Of a stretch of DNA of 64,000 bases, positions 48,315 through 58,223 are shown in pieces (within the stretch, counting starts at the first letter, position 1; every line of letters begins with the position of its first letter). The stretch comes from a virus (taxonomy: Duplodnaviria > Caudoviricetes). The stretch lies in the IMG/VR virus record IMGVR_UViG_3300024297_000001; one strand, written 5' to 3'. Position numbers and translations under genes: made by a program. The notes below the pieces were generated by a model, which was not told the DNA's origin, did not search any database, and was given only the letters and a program-made list of their open reading frames with translations.

Positions 48315-49772
48315 TTACGCGATGTTAATTGTGTTCCCCATGTTACTGTGTGCAGTACATTGATAATACAATGTTGCTGGTGCGTCCATTGGTACTGTGA
48401 AAGTAATAACTCCACTTGATGCACCGTTGTTTGCTACGCCGCTTGAGTAAGCACCGCCACCGTTTGAAACTCTAATTTGTAAAGGGTGTCCGCCTCCACT
48501 GTTATTAATAAAGTAATAAGTTTGTCCTTTTTTCAAATACAAAACTGGATCATTAGTTGTGTTTGGAAAACCTGGACCAGTAAATGTGTAGTCTGATGTT
48601 CCGTTTGATCCAACGTTCCATGTTGTTGCAGGACCATTTTGCATAACATAACTTGTTCCGTTGTATGCAAGTGTGTAACCAACTGCTTGGTTAGCATTAC
48701 TTACATCTGTTAATGCGTTAAGTGTAGTTGCACCAACTGTACCGTTGTAGTTAATTGTTAGTGTATCGCCTACAACTTCAGTTGCAATACCTGTACCACC
48801 AGCAACTGTAAGTGTGTCAGTTAATCCTGATGCTGTTGTGCTACCAGTATCACCTGTAAATGTTGCAAACAAGTTTTGGTCTGTTGATTGATCAACAACA
48901 AATTCTAATGCGTTACCAGCACCGTTAACTTTAACAAATCTATTTGCCGCACCTGTAAAGTTTACTGGTGTATCAGATAAGTTTAAGAAAGCACCGCCAA
49001 ATAATGTTGGCTTGTTAGTAAAGTTTGTGTAATCTAAAAAGTATGCACTGTCAAATCCATCTAATGTATCAGCGTCAGTACCGCCACCACCTGATGCAAT
49101 ATCAGTTCCTGGTGCCCATTGTGCGCCGTCCCATTTAAGAACATCACCTGTACTTGCTGACGAACTTGATACATCACTTAATGAACCAATTGTAATTGCC
49201 GCAACTTCTGCCGCTGTAACTGCTGTTGAAAATTCTAATGCTGTTGCACCTGAGTTTACTCTTACAAGTTTGCCATTTGCTGATGAAAAGTTAGATGGCG
49301 TATCTGTTAATGCAGTGAATGTAGTAGAACCACCTCCACCACCGCCAGCGCCTGGTTGGAATCTTGAGTTAGAAGTATTCCAAACAAGAACTTCTCCATC
49401 GTTAATTCCTGCTGTGGTTACATCTGATAAACTGTTAATGCTTGAAGTAGTGTCTAACATTTTGACCCAAGCGTTACTGTGAGCATAGTAAACTGCCGCG
49501 TCTGCTGTAACTTTTGCTAACATGCCGTCGTAGGTTGTAGGACTTGGTAAACCGGCAAAGTTGTTATACAAGAAAGTTATTTTATTGCTTCCAGTTGCTG
49601 TACTTGGATATGAATTTAATACTCCGTTTTGGACAACGCTGAGTACTGATCCGTCTCCTAATGCTGTATATAACTCGTTAAAGTTATTATTTAATTTTGT
49701 AGCGCCTGCTCTAAGGTTATCACCTTGTCCATCATTTGGTAGAACACCTACATTTACTATTTGTTTTGCCAT
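48315..49772 (-). CDS. Short tail fibre/baseplate protein with a T4 gp9/gp10-like N-terminus and a C-terminal cupredoxin-like domain
   Basis: MAKQIVNVGVLPNDGQGDNLRAGATKLNNNFNELY; LNALTDV-type fibre repeats; GHPL...YYQCTAHSNMG. Confidence 0.75.
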   Translation of the reverse strand: MAKQIVNVGVLPNDGQGDNLRAGATKLNNNFNELYTALGDGSVLSVVQNGVLNSYPSTATGSNKITFLYNNFAGLPSPTTYDGMLAKVTADAAVYYAHSNAWVKMLDTTSSINSLSDVTTAGINDGEVLVWNTSNSRFQPGAGGGGGGSTTFTALTDTPSNFSSANGKLVRVNSGATALEFSTAVTAAEVAAITIGSLSDVSSSSASTGDVLKWDGAQWAPGTDIASGGGGTDADTLDGFDSAYFLDYTNFTNKPTLFGGAFLNLSDTPVNFTGAANRFVKVNGAGNALEFVVDQSTDQNLFATFTGDTGSTTASGLTDTLTVAGGTGIATEVVGDTLTINYNGTVGATTLNALTDVSNANQAVGYTLAYNGTSYVMQNGPATTWNVGSNGTSDYTFTGPGFPNTTNDPVLYLKKGQTYYFINNSGGGHPLQIRVSNGGGAYSSGVANNGASSGVITFTVPMDAPATLYYQCTAHSNMGNTINIA

Positions 49773-49787
49773 TTTTTGCTCCTACTC

Positions 49788-50246
49788 CTACGTTTGATCA
49801 AATGTAATGTTGTTGTTGTCCATTGTAAGGTTTGTGTTATCCCATTCCTTATCACTGTCAACGATTACAGTGTTGTCGCCTGCATATTCAACGGCACCAT
49901 CTGCTAATCCTTGGTTAATTCTTACAACAAGTTCGCCGTCATCATTTACATAATAAAATAAATTTGCATCGTCCCAACGAAATTGTTCATAATTTAAATT
50001 CTTGTACGTCAAGTTATGTGCTGAATCTCTTCCTTCAAAGAACTCTGCACCTTCATCAAAGTCTGGAAAGTTATCAACTACGTCACCTTCCTTGTTAATT
50101 TGAATAGTGTCTGTCAAACTTAATTGATCTAACTTACCTAAAAACAATTCTCCAGAGTCAGTTCTACGTAATCCGTAAAAGTATCTTTCTCCAAGATTGT
50201 CTTCAATGGTTTGTGTAATTGACTGACCTTCATAAAAAACTGACAT
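49788..50246 (-). CDS. Hypothetical protein, family M copy 1
   Basis: Paralog of 47937-48305. Confidence 0.7.
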   Translation of the reverse strand: MSVFYEGQSITQTIEDNLGERYFYGLRRTDSGELFLGKLDQLSLTDTIQINKEGDVVDNFPDFDEGAEFFEGRDSAHNLTYKNLNYEQFRWDDANLFYYVNDDGELVVRINQGLADGAVEYAGDNTVIVDSDKEWDNTNLTMDNNNITFDQT

Positions 50247-50247
50247 A

Positions 50248-50577
50248 CTACACTATCTCCACGTAACTCATAACTGCATCTAAACTTCCGTCAATGTCTG
50301 ATTGAATAGACAGTTCATTCTCTGATGCAAGAATAATTTTTTCACCACCGTTCAATACTTTTAAAGTTGCGTTCGGTGGAATCAAAACATTTTTTAAGTA
50401 AAATGCTTCAATTGATGTATCGTCTGCAATTAAAACGCTGGTACTTACAACGGATTCAGTTAAGTTGGCTAACGAAAGGCCAACGATCGTTGCTGTTGTA
50501 CTTGGACCAGCCTTGTAAACAGGAACTTTCACTGTTCCAATTTCTTTAATTGCTTTTGTTCTAAAAAATGTTGCCAT
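50248..50577 (-). CDS. Small beta-rich virion protein, family S copy 2
   Basis: VYKAGP.TTATIVGLSLAN...LKNVLIPPNATL....GEKIIL...VMSYVEI. Confidence 0.6.
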   Translation of the reverse strand: MATFFRTKAIKEIGTVKVPVYKAGPSTTATIVGLSLANLTESVVSTSVLIADDTSIEAFYLKNVLIPPNATLKVLNGGEKIILASENELSIQSDIDGSLDAVMSYVEIV

Positions 50578-50589
50578 CTTATTTCCTTA

Positions 50590-53500
50590 TTATCCTATTA
50601 CCACTGCCATTTTAATAGCAATTTCTTCTGCATCTTGTGCGGACACAGCACCTGAACTACCTGCAACTGAAACCCACTGACCTGCTTGATCGTAAATCTC
50701 AACCCTGTCATCCTGTGTATTAAAACGCATCATTCCTGTTTCTGGTGTTGGATGTCTATTTGACAAAGTACCAGTTGGAATAACAAATCCGCCAGTTCCT
50801 TCAATCTTGAAGTAACCAGTACCAGTTTGAGCAAGAGTAGTAATTGCGCCTGCTACAGTATTAGTTATCGAATTTTGATTGAATCCAAAATTTTCTACAA
50901 CAACTTTACCAGTTCCGTTCGCCAAAAGGTTCAAATCAGCGTTTGTAGTAATGGTTCTTACTGTATTTCCTTCGATTTCAATGTCATCGACTAATATTTT
51001 ATTTACATTAAACCTTGTTGCGTTTGCATCAGCAATCTGTGTTCCACCTGCGTAAAAACGTATAGTATCATCGTCTGCACCCGGTGTTGCTTCTGCTGTA
51101 ATATATGTATCTTGGTCAACATCACGCACACCATTTAATGTGATCCACTGTCCATCATAACCTTCAAACACATCTGTGTCTGTGTTATAACGTATCATAC
51201 CATTTACGCCTGTACCTGGACGTTGTGCTGTTGTACCTTTTGGTATTGTTAATGAACCTGTTGAATTAATCTCAACTGTTTCACTGCCTGGATCAAGAAC
51301 AATGTCTCCTGGTGCTGAAATAATGTTTGCTTTGAAACTTAAATCATCAACAACAATACTTCCTGTTCCACTTGCACGTAATTCTAAGTCTTGGTTTGTG
51401 TTAGTTGTTTGAATAACATTAGTATTAATGTTAATATCATCAATCTGTGCCTCACCTGTGTAAACTTTTTTCCATTCATGTGTTGAAATACCTAAGTCAA
51501 ATGTTCCGTCTTGGCTTGGTACAAGGTTACTTGCAATACCTGCAACAATTTGTATGCTATCACTTGCTTCATCACCAATGGTAATGTTACCACCTATTGT
51601 AACATCTCCTGTTACATCTAAGTTTCCTGTGATGTTTACATTGTCTGCAAAGTTAATAATACCGTCAGCACTGTCAATGTTCAAGTTTCCACTTAAACTT
51701 TCTACAGTGTTGCCACTTAATCTTGTGTTACCTGTTTGAATCTTGTCGCCGTCAATAATAGTTGTACTTGTGCCAGTGCTAAATCTAACACTTTGTAAAG
51801 TATCAACGTTAAAGTTTGCGTTAGTAAATGTAACAGTACCAGATGCTTGATCAACATGGAATACATCACCAACTCTAAAGTCACCTTTATGGTCAACTGA
51901 ACTAAAGTAAATGTTTGCGTCATTTAATTTTGTAACTTCTTGACTTTGTACAACTGTTGTTGAATCATTATCAACTGCTTTACCGTTACCAATGTATGCA
52001 AGGTTCTGAGAAATAAGGTACATAACAACGCCGTTACCGTCGCCGTATATTCCATAGTTACCATAAACACATGCACTACCAATTGATCTAATCTCACAAC
52101 CAAAGTCTGAGAAGTCAACCAGTTCCATTCCAGTTGCATAAGCACCGCCACCAAAGCCGATTGTCTGATCTAAAATAGTTTCGTCAGTAAGTGTTGTTGA
52201 AGTATCTGTACCGTTAAATCTTAATAATAATTTTGTGTTGTTATCATTTGAAACTTCGTTCAATGGTGGTGTGTATGAACCTGCTGTGTATCTTGCATTG
52301 TCTGAAATTCTAAAATCATCTACATAACCGTTGAAAGCATTTGAAGCATCATACACTGCACCAATAATAAACGGCTTACTTGTTCCAAGTGTGCTACTAA
52401 ATGCATTATCACTATCAACTCTTGCACCGTTAACATATAAATTAATTGTATTACTTGAACGTGATACTGCAATATGTGTCCATGTTGTTGCTGATAACGT
52501 TCCGCCGGATAATATCTCTGCACCATTGTAATAAACTTTTACTGTACCACCTACGTGATATATGTATAAGCCTGTGTCAGTTGCTGTACCGGCTCTCATA
52601 TCAACTAATGACTGTGTACCTGTTACGTTGTTTCCGTAGAACCAACCTTCAATAGTAAAGTTTGCTGTTCCTAAACCAAAGTCTGGATCATTTGCAATGC
52701 TGATATAGTCGCCGGTGCCGTCAAGTTGTAAACTACCAGTGCCGAATTTTTTAATTGTTGTATCTACTTGTGCTTGTCCTGAAACAACTACTGTCTTTCC
52801 ACCACGTTCAAATTTGGTTTCAAGTCCTGCCGCGTTACCGTTCAAGTAAATGTAGTTTCCATCTACTTCATTTACTGTTGCACTAATTACAGTTCCGCCT
52901 GCTTGTGTGTATTGAAACACTTCAGACGCTGTTGGTGTTCCAACAAGTCCGCTTAATTTAACTTTAGTACGTCCTGTACCTTTTAATCCTGTAGTACCAT
53001 TAACACCTTGTATCGCTTTGTCGGCAAAATATACAAAAGAGTTTAGCCATTCAATTCTTGCACCATTGGTTGCGTATAATCCAACTGCTCCAGGAACAAT
53101 AAATGTTACTGCATGGAATAACATACTTGCTTCTTTTGATCCTGTTACTGCTACAGAGCCATCTAAGTATGCACCACGTCCTGCATCTCCTTGATCAAAG
53201 CCTCTTGGATCACTTGCACTTGTTACACTACCTTTTGTTATTACAGTTACGTTTTTAACATAAGGTGATCTTGAAGTAACATTAAAGTTACTTGCAAATC
53301 TAAAAGCATATCCATTGTCATTAATGCTATCGTAGTAAAAATCTTTGATTGACAAGTTCATAACACTTGTTTCACCTTGCAATACAAAACAATCATTGTT
53401 GTTTGTTCCTGCTGTAGGTGTAATGTTTACTGATCTAATACCTTCACCTAAGATTGCAACACCCGCTGGTACTGTTAAAGGAAATACTTCTTCATAATCA

Positions 53501-54300
53501 CCTGGGTAAATGTGAATAGTGTCTCCTGCACTTGCAGAAGTTAATGCTTTTGTAATAGTTGTGTATGGTGCTTGTGGATGATTACCAGCATTTGTATCAT
53601 TACCATTCTTAGCAACATAATAAATGTTGCCTGGAGTTGCTGTTAAGTCCAAGTCTGATAATGTAATACTGTTTGCAACAACTGTTGTTGCTGTTACATC
53701 ATCAAAGTAACCATGATTCCACTTTTTAGTTGCGTCACCAATGGTGTATATGTTTGTTGCATCTGGTATTAGGTTACTGGCAATGTCTGCATTTATTGTA
53801 ATACTATCTGTATCGTCATCACCAATAGTAATATCACCGTCTGCACTGATGTTACCAGTTGCATGTAAGTTACCAGTAACGTTTGTATTACCTACAAAGT
53901 TAATAGTACCTGTCCCGTTAGGACGAAATTCTAAGTTTTGGTTAGTTCCTAATGTGCGAATTACACTACCGTCTATTTCAATATCATCAATTTGTAATCT
54001 ATCTTGGTAAATTACGCTGTTTGGTGTTGCAATATTGAACTGACTTGCTGTAGTAGAGATAGTATTAGTACCACCGTTGATTGTTATGTTACCAATCGGT
54101 AATGTAGTGTCTAAAATATCTAATGATTGTATTCTTGCTGAACCGTTTATATCGAGCTCGGCTGTAGGCGTTGATGTCTTAATTCCAATACGGCTATTAT
54201 TAACATCTAAATAAAGTAGGTCTGTTTCAAACGCTAAATCCACTCCTTGACGAAGCAAATTTGCCTTTAAAAGCGGACCAGATATACGACCAACTGCCAC
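50590..54300 (-). CDS. Tail fibre/spike-like protein (1236 aa) with beta-helix and LamG/ConA-like domains; GTG start
   Basis: YYVAKNGND...P..TI..AL; FTIEGWFY...WTHIAVSR...LYVNG...FNGYVDDFRIS; two P.GT..QRP...GM.R(Y/F)NT motifs. Confidence 0.75.
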   Translation of the reverse strand: MAVGRISGPLLKANLLRQGVDLAFETDLLYLDVNNSRIGIKTSTPTAELDINGSARIQSLDILDTTLPIGNITINGGTNTISTTASQFNIATPNSVIYQDRLQIDDIEIDGSVIRTLGTNQNLEFRPNGTGTINFVGNTNVTGNLHATGNISADGDITIGDDDTDSITINADIASNLIPDATNIYTIGDATKKWNHGYFDDVTATTVVANSITLSDLDLTATPGNIYYVAKNGNDTNAGNHPQAPYTTITKALTSASAGDTIHIYPGDYEEVFPLTVPAGVAILGEGIRSVNITPTAGTNNNDCFVLQGETSVMNLSIKDFYYDSINDNGYAFRFASNFNVTSRSPYVKNVTVITKGSVTSASDPRGFDQGDAGRGAYLDGSVAVTGSKEASMLFHAVTFIVPGAVGLYATNGARIEWLNSFVYFADKAIQGVNGTTGLKGTGRTKVKLSGLVGTPTASEVFQYTQAGGTVISATVNEVDGNYIYLNGNAAGLETKFERGGKTVVVSGQAQVDTTIKKFGTGSLQLDGTGDYISIANDPDFGLGTANFTIEGWFYGNNVTGTQSLVDMRAGTATDTGLYIYHVGGTVKVYYNGAEILSGGTLSATTWTHIAVSRSSNTINLYVNGARVDSDNAFSSTLGTSKPFIIGAVYDASNAFNGYVDDFRISDNARYTAGSYTPPLNEVSNDNNTKLLLRFNGTDTSTTLTDETILDQTIGFGGGAYATGMELVDFSDFGCEIRSIGSACVYGNYGIYGDGNGVVMYLISQNLAYIGNGKAVDNDSTTVVQSQEVTKLNDANIYFSSVDHKGDFRVGDVFHVDQASGTVTFTNANFNVDTLQSVRFSTGTSTTIIDGDKIQTGNTRLSGNTVESLSGNLNIDSADGIINFADNVNITGNLDVTGDVTIGGNITIGDEASDSIQIVAGIASNLVPSQDGTFDLGISTHEWKKVYTGEAQIDDININTNVIQTTNTNQDLELRASGTGSIVVDDLSFKANIISAPGDIVLDPGSETVEINSTGSLTIPKGTTAQRPGTGVNGMIRYNTDTDVFEGYDGQWITLNGVRDVDQDTYITAEATPGADDDTIRFYAGGTQIADANATRFNVNKILVDDIEIEGNTVRTITTNADLNLLANGTGKVVVENFGFNQNSITNTVAGAITTLAQTGTGYFKIEGTGGFVIPTGTLSNRHPTPETGMMRFNTQDDRVEIYDQAGQWVSVAGSSGAVSAQDAEEIAIKMAVVIG

Positions 54301-54417
54301 CTTTTTCTCCTATAAACGGGGATCCTGTCCCTCTACCCTGTTAGACAAAAACTTGCCTCTATCGCTGGATAACCACGGTTTGTCCTGCAATTGACTTGGC
54401 CAGCCCTTCATTGCATT
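54301..54417 (-). promoter_or_regulatory. Long structured 5' leader after late promoter ATAAATA (54423-54429)
   Basis: ~117 non-coding nt; UGCAAU/AUUGCA stem whose loop GCUGG can pair with downstream CCAGC. Confidence 0.45.
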
Positions 54418-54441
54418 AATAGTATTTATCGTTTTTGGATA

Positions 54442-57294
54442 TTAGCCTAAGATAAGGTTCCAAAGGAAGTTAATTGACTCAGCGTATTCTTCAGTAACAG
54501 ATTCACCACCACCTGCCGCTAAAACCCACTGTGTTCCGTTCCAACTTTCAAGGTATCCTCGCTGTGTATTGAAACGTGTAAGACCCTGTTCTGGACTTGT
54601 GGGTCTTGCTGTATCATCACCATATGGAACAACAAGTCCCATAGTTTGATCAAACTTTAAGTAAGAATATATGTCTGCAAGACTAAATGTAAACGGTGTG
54701 TTAAGTGTATTAGTAATTGTGTTATTCTTAAACACAAGATCTTCCTGACTAATACTACCTAATCCGTTGGATAAAAACTGAATATCTGAATTAGGTGTAG
54801 CACTTGTTATTGTATTACCATCAATTGAGAAACTATTCTGCGAATCAAGTCTATTTGTTTGCAATGTTATGCCATTAATTGTAGTATTACTTGCATTTCC
54901 TGTAACTAACGTAAACTGATTGTTGTTTAGATCAATATATGTGTCTCTGTCAGTATCATATAATCCATCAAAACTAACATTACCTCCGCTATAACCTTCA
55001 AATATTCCTAAGTCTGTATTATAACGCAAATCACCCACGTTATCTTTACGTTGTGCGTTTGTACCTGTTGGCAAACCTAAGTTATTAGTTGCTGACATAG
55101 TAAGATTAGTAGTTGGTGCTAATGTTAAATTAGTTATATATGATCCTAATATATTACTTCTTGCAGTAACATTATCAAATACAACATTTCCAGTTCCATT
55201 TGCACGTAAATCTAAATTTTCGTTTGTATTACTAACACTAATAGTATTTGCATTGAAGTTAAAACTATCTAATGCTAATTCGTTAAAGTAACCTTTTCTC
55301 CAACGTCTTGTATTTGTACCTAAATCATATTTGTTTGTTGTGTCTGGATATAAGTCTTGTGCAAAAGATGTTGTAAAGTCAACAGTATCACTTGGTTGAT
55401 CTCCAAGTGTTACAAGATTTCCGCCAAGTGTTAAATTACCTGTAACATCTACACTTGCCATTCTTGTATTTGTAAGTAAGTTGTGTATGTTTGAAGGAGA
55501 TGCAAAGTTAATTGGACCTGCAACGGATCTAATTGTGTTAGGAGAAAGAATTCTTATTGCTCCTGTTTCAATAGTTCCACCATCAATAAAAGATGTATTT
55601 GCATTTGTGCTTACTCTTAAACTTGAAAGTCCTGTTGCATCAACTGTGTCAGCATCAATGCTTGTTGTTCCATCTTTAAGATTTACAAAAAATGTATCTC
55701 CAACTTTAAAGTTACCTTCTTGGTCTTGTGATTGATAGTAAACTTTTCCGTTGTTTAGTTTTGTAACTTCATTTGCAACAATAGTTTGTGTAACATCATT
55801 AGTTACGTTCTTACCTGAACCAATATAAGCAAAGTTGTGTGATATTAGATATGCTAAACAGTCTGCTCCATCTACTTCAATACCTTTATTTCCATAAACA
55901 CTTGCTGAACCAATGGATCTTATTTCACCGCCTTTTATTAATACGCTATCACTACGCCATCTACCAGCGCCATCCACCATGTACATTGCTCTATTAGCGA
56001 AATAAGCGAATGAATTCAACCACTCAACCCTAACACCGTTTGTCATTGTAATGGCATCAACACCTGGAGTAATAAAAGTTACACTGTGAAACAACATACT
56101 TGCTTCATTTGTATCATGATCACAAACACTACCATCTACAAGTGCGCCTTTACCAGCGTCTCCAGAATCAAAACCTCTTGGATCACTTGCACTTGTTGTT
56201 TGTCCTTGTGTAATAACTGTTACATTTCTAATATATGGACTACGTGATGTAACTTTCATGTCGCCTGCAAATCTAAAAGCATAACCTTTATCATTTGTGC
56301 TATCATAAAAGAAGTTTTTAACTGTTAAATCTTCAACAGTACTTTCGCCATTTAATAAAAATGCATCTTCACTTTGGTTATCAGTGGTCGGACGTATTTC
56401 AACATTACGCATGTCTTGTCCTTTTACTGTAACACCTGCTGGAACTTCTAATGGAAATTGTTCTTCATAATCACCTGCGGCAATAAGAACTGTATCTCCT
56501 GATGTTGCTCTGCTTAATGCATACTTGATTGTTGCAAGTCTACCTTGAGGTGTTGAACCTCTGTTAGTATTATCACCATTAACAGCAACATACCATATGT
56601 TACCTTGTGAAAGTGTAACTTCAATACCAGCAACTGTAACATTTTCTACGCTAACATTATTAGTTACTGTTAAATTTTCTGTTTGTAAATCAAAACGTTT
56701 AGCACTTGCACCTACATCGTAAGTTGAAGTAACATCAGGAATTAGATTACTGTCAATGTCACCTAAGAATCTAACATTATCTTCATCACCTGTACCACCA
56801 ATTAAAACATTTCCGTCAAATGTAATGTTACCTGTTGCATGAATGTTACCATCAACGCCAACAGTTTGTCCTGCTGTGATAAGTTCGTTAGTACCTGCGC
56901 CTGCTGGAATAAAATCTACATCAGCATTTGTAGTATGCGAGCCAATGTAATTGTTTTGTATGTCAACTGATGATGTTCTAATACCGCCAACAACTACTCC
57001 ACTACCAACACCGCCTGCATGATTAATATTGATGTTTCCTGATGGAACACTTATACCGTCTGGACCAATAGAAAAGTTACCAATGTTTAGATCATTAGTA
57101 ATTGTTAAGTCTTGTCCAGTGCTTCTTGCTTTTAAAGTACCATCAACTGTAAATTCTCTTGGTCTTGTTACAGTATTAATACCGATTTTTCCGTCAGTAT
57201 GACCTATATACAGTAGATCAGTTTCTACTGAAAGATCTGCTTCACGCTGTAGATTGGCCTTTAATAACGGACCGGATATTCTTCCAAGACTCAT
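54442..57294 (-). CDS. Tail fibre/spike-like protein (950 aa), paralog of 50590-54300 without the LamG insert
   Basis: MSLGRISGPLLKANL; shared SRSPY..NVTVIT.G...SASDPRGFD.GDAG.GA..DGS block. Confidence 0.75.
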   Translation of the reverse strand: MSLGRISGPLLKANLQREADLSVETDLLYIGHTDGKIGINTVTRPREFTVDGTLKARSTGQDLTITNDLNIGNFSIGPDGISVPSGNININHAGGVGSGVVVGGIRTSSVDIQNNYIGSHTTNADVDFIPAGAGTNELITAGQTVGVDGNIHATGNITFDGNVLIGGTGDEDNVRFLGDIDSNLIPDVTSTYDVGASAKRFDLQTENLTVTNNVSVENVTVAGIEVTLSQGNIWYVAVNGDNTNRGSTPQGRLATIKYALSRATSGDTVLIAAGDYEEQFPLEVPAGVTVKGQDMRNVEIRPTTDNQSEDAFLLNGESTVEDLTVKNFFYDSTNDKGYAFRFAGDMKVTSRSPYIRNVTVITQGQTTSASDPRGFDSGDAGKGALVDGSVCDHDTNEASMLFHSVTFITPGVDAITMTNGVRVEWLNSFAYFANRAMYMVDGAGRWRSDSVLIKGGEIRSIGSASVYGNKGIEVDGADCLAYLISHNFAYIGSGKNVTNDVTQTIVANEVTKLNNGKVYYQSQDQEGNFKVGDTFFVNLKDGTTSIDADTVDATGLSSLRVSTNANTSFIDGGTIETGAIRILSPNTIRSVAGPINFASPSNIHNLLTNTRMASVDVTGNLTLGGNLVTLGDQPSDTVDFTTSFAQDLYPDTTNKYDLGTNTRRWRKGYFNELALDSFNFNANTISVSNTNENLDLRANGTGNVVFDNVTARSNILGSYITNLTLAPTTNLTMSATNNLGLPTGTNAQRKDNVGDLRYNTDLGIFEGYSGGNVSFDGLYDTDRDTYIDLNNNQFTLVTGNASNTTINGITLQTNRLDSQNSFSIDGNTITSATPNSDIQFLSNGLGSISQEDLVFKNNTITNTLNTPFTFSLADIYSYLKFDQTMGLVVPYGDDTARPTSPEQGLTRFNTQRGYLESWNGTQWVLAAGGGESVTEEYAESINFLWNLILG

Positions 57295-57325
57295 AGTTAG
57301 TACTCCTTAACTATATTTATTGGAT

Positions 57326-57853
57326 TTACTTGTCGAAGTTATGTAGGACTGTTACGGCTTTGCCGTTTGGCACTGCTGAAAGGAATTTAATGTAATAACC
57401 GTCTGCGTATGGACTATTTGGCCCTGCAAGGTTACCACTTACACTTTGTTCTAATGTGTAGTTTGTTACAGATAACTGTAAAACGTTTTCTACAATTACT
57501 AATGCACTCTGTGCCGTTTGTGGCACTGGATATGAACTGTCGTTAGCATTAAGAGGCCCAAATACAGTTTCAGTACCATCTCCTGTACCTAAACTTTGCT
57601 GTGTTATTGGTGTTGGCTCTTTAAGTCTAATTTCTTTCCATACACCATTATCATAAAATTCAACACTGTTGTTTGTTGTGTTAAATCTCATTTGGCCTAA
57701 TGCTGGATATGACGGACGATCTGCGTCTGAACCTACAGGAACTTTCAAAGCACTTTTAGATCTAATGTCAACAGTTTGATCAGTATTATAAAAAATACCA
57801 ACGCCTCTGTCGATTCCTCTATTATTGGTTGTTTGTGCTTTTAGAAATTTCAT
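57326..57853 (-). CDS. Fibre-associated structural protein (175 aa)
   Basis: KVPVGSDADRPSYPALGQMRFNTT motif shared with the neighbouring fibres. Confidence 0.6.
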   Translation of the reverse strand: MKFLKAQTTNNRGIDRGVGIFYNTDQTVDIRSKSALKVPVGSDADRPSYPALGQMRFNTTNNSVEFYDNGVWKEIRLKEPTPITQQSLGTGDGTETVFGPLNANDSSYPVPQTAQSALVIVENVLQLSVTNYTLEQSVSGNLAGPNSPYADGYYIKFLSAVPNGKAVTVLHNFDK

Positions 57854-58209
57854 TACACTTCCAAGTAACTTACTGTTGCTGATAGATTATAAGGAGTTTG
57901 TCCTTCTAATATAATTCTATCACCTGCTTCTAATACCATTTTTTCTGTATCAAACGTAAACGTATCTGAACCTGCTACTCTCACTCTTTTTGCAATTTGT
58001 GTTTGAGCACCAACTGCAATTGATCCTGTACCAGTTGGATTAGCAACTGCTGGAACAATATATAAGTCAAAAGTTGTATCGTTTGCACCGCTTAAATCTT
58101 CTGCCGCAGTATTACAAACCACTAAGGTTAAGATAGCGTACTGTTTACTCGCGGGTACAGTAACTATTGCTTTTTGTGTATTGTCAATTAATATGTTTGC
58201 TAATGCCAT
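57853..58209 (-). CDS. Small beta-rich virion protein, family S copy 1
   Basis: IVTVPASKQYAIL.LVVCN...EKMVLEAGDRI...SATVSYLEV; ATAAATA 5 nt upstream (58215-58221). Confidence 0.6.
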   Translation of the reverse strand: MALANILIDNTQKAIVTVPASKQYAILTLVVCNTAAEDLSGANDTTFDLYIVPAVANPTGTGSIAVGAQTQIAKRVRVAGSDTFTFDTEKMVLEAGDRIILEGQTPYNLSATVSYLEV

Positions 58210-58223
58210 CGTAATATTTATCC

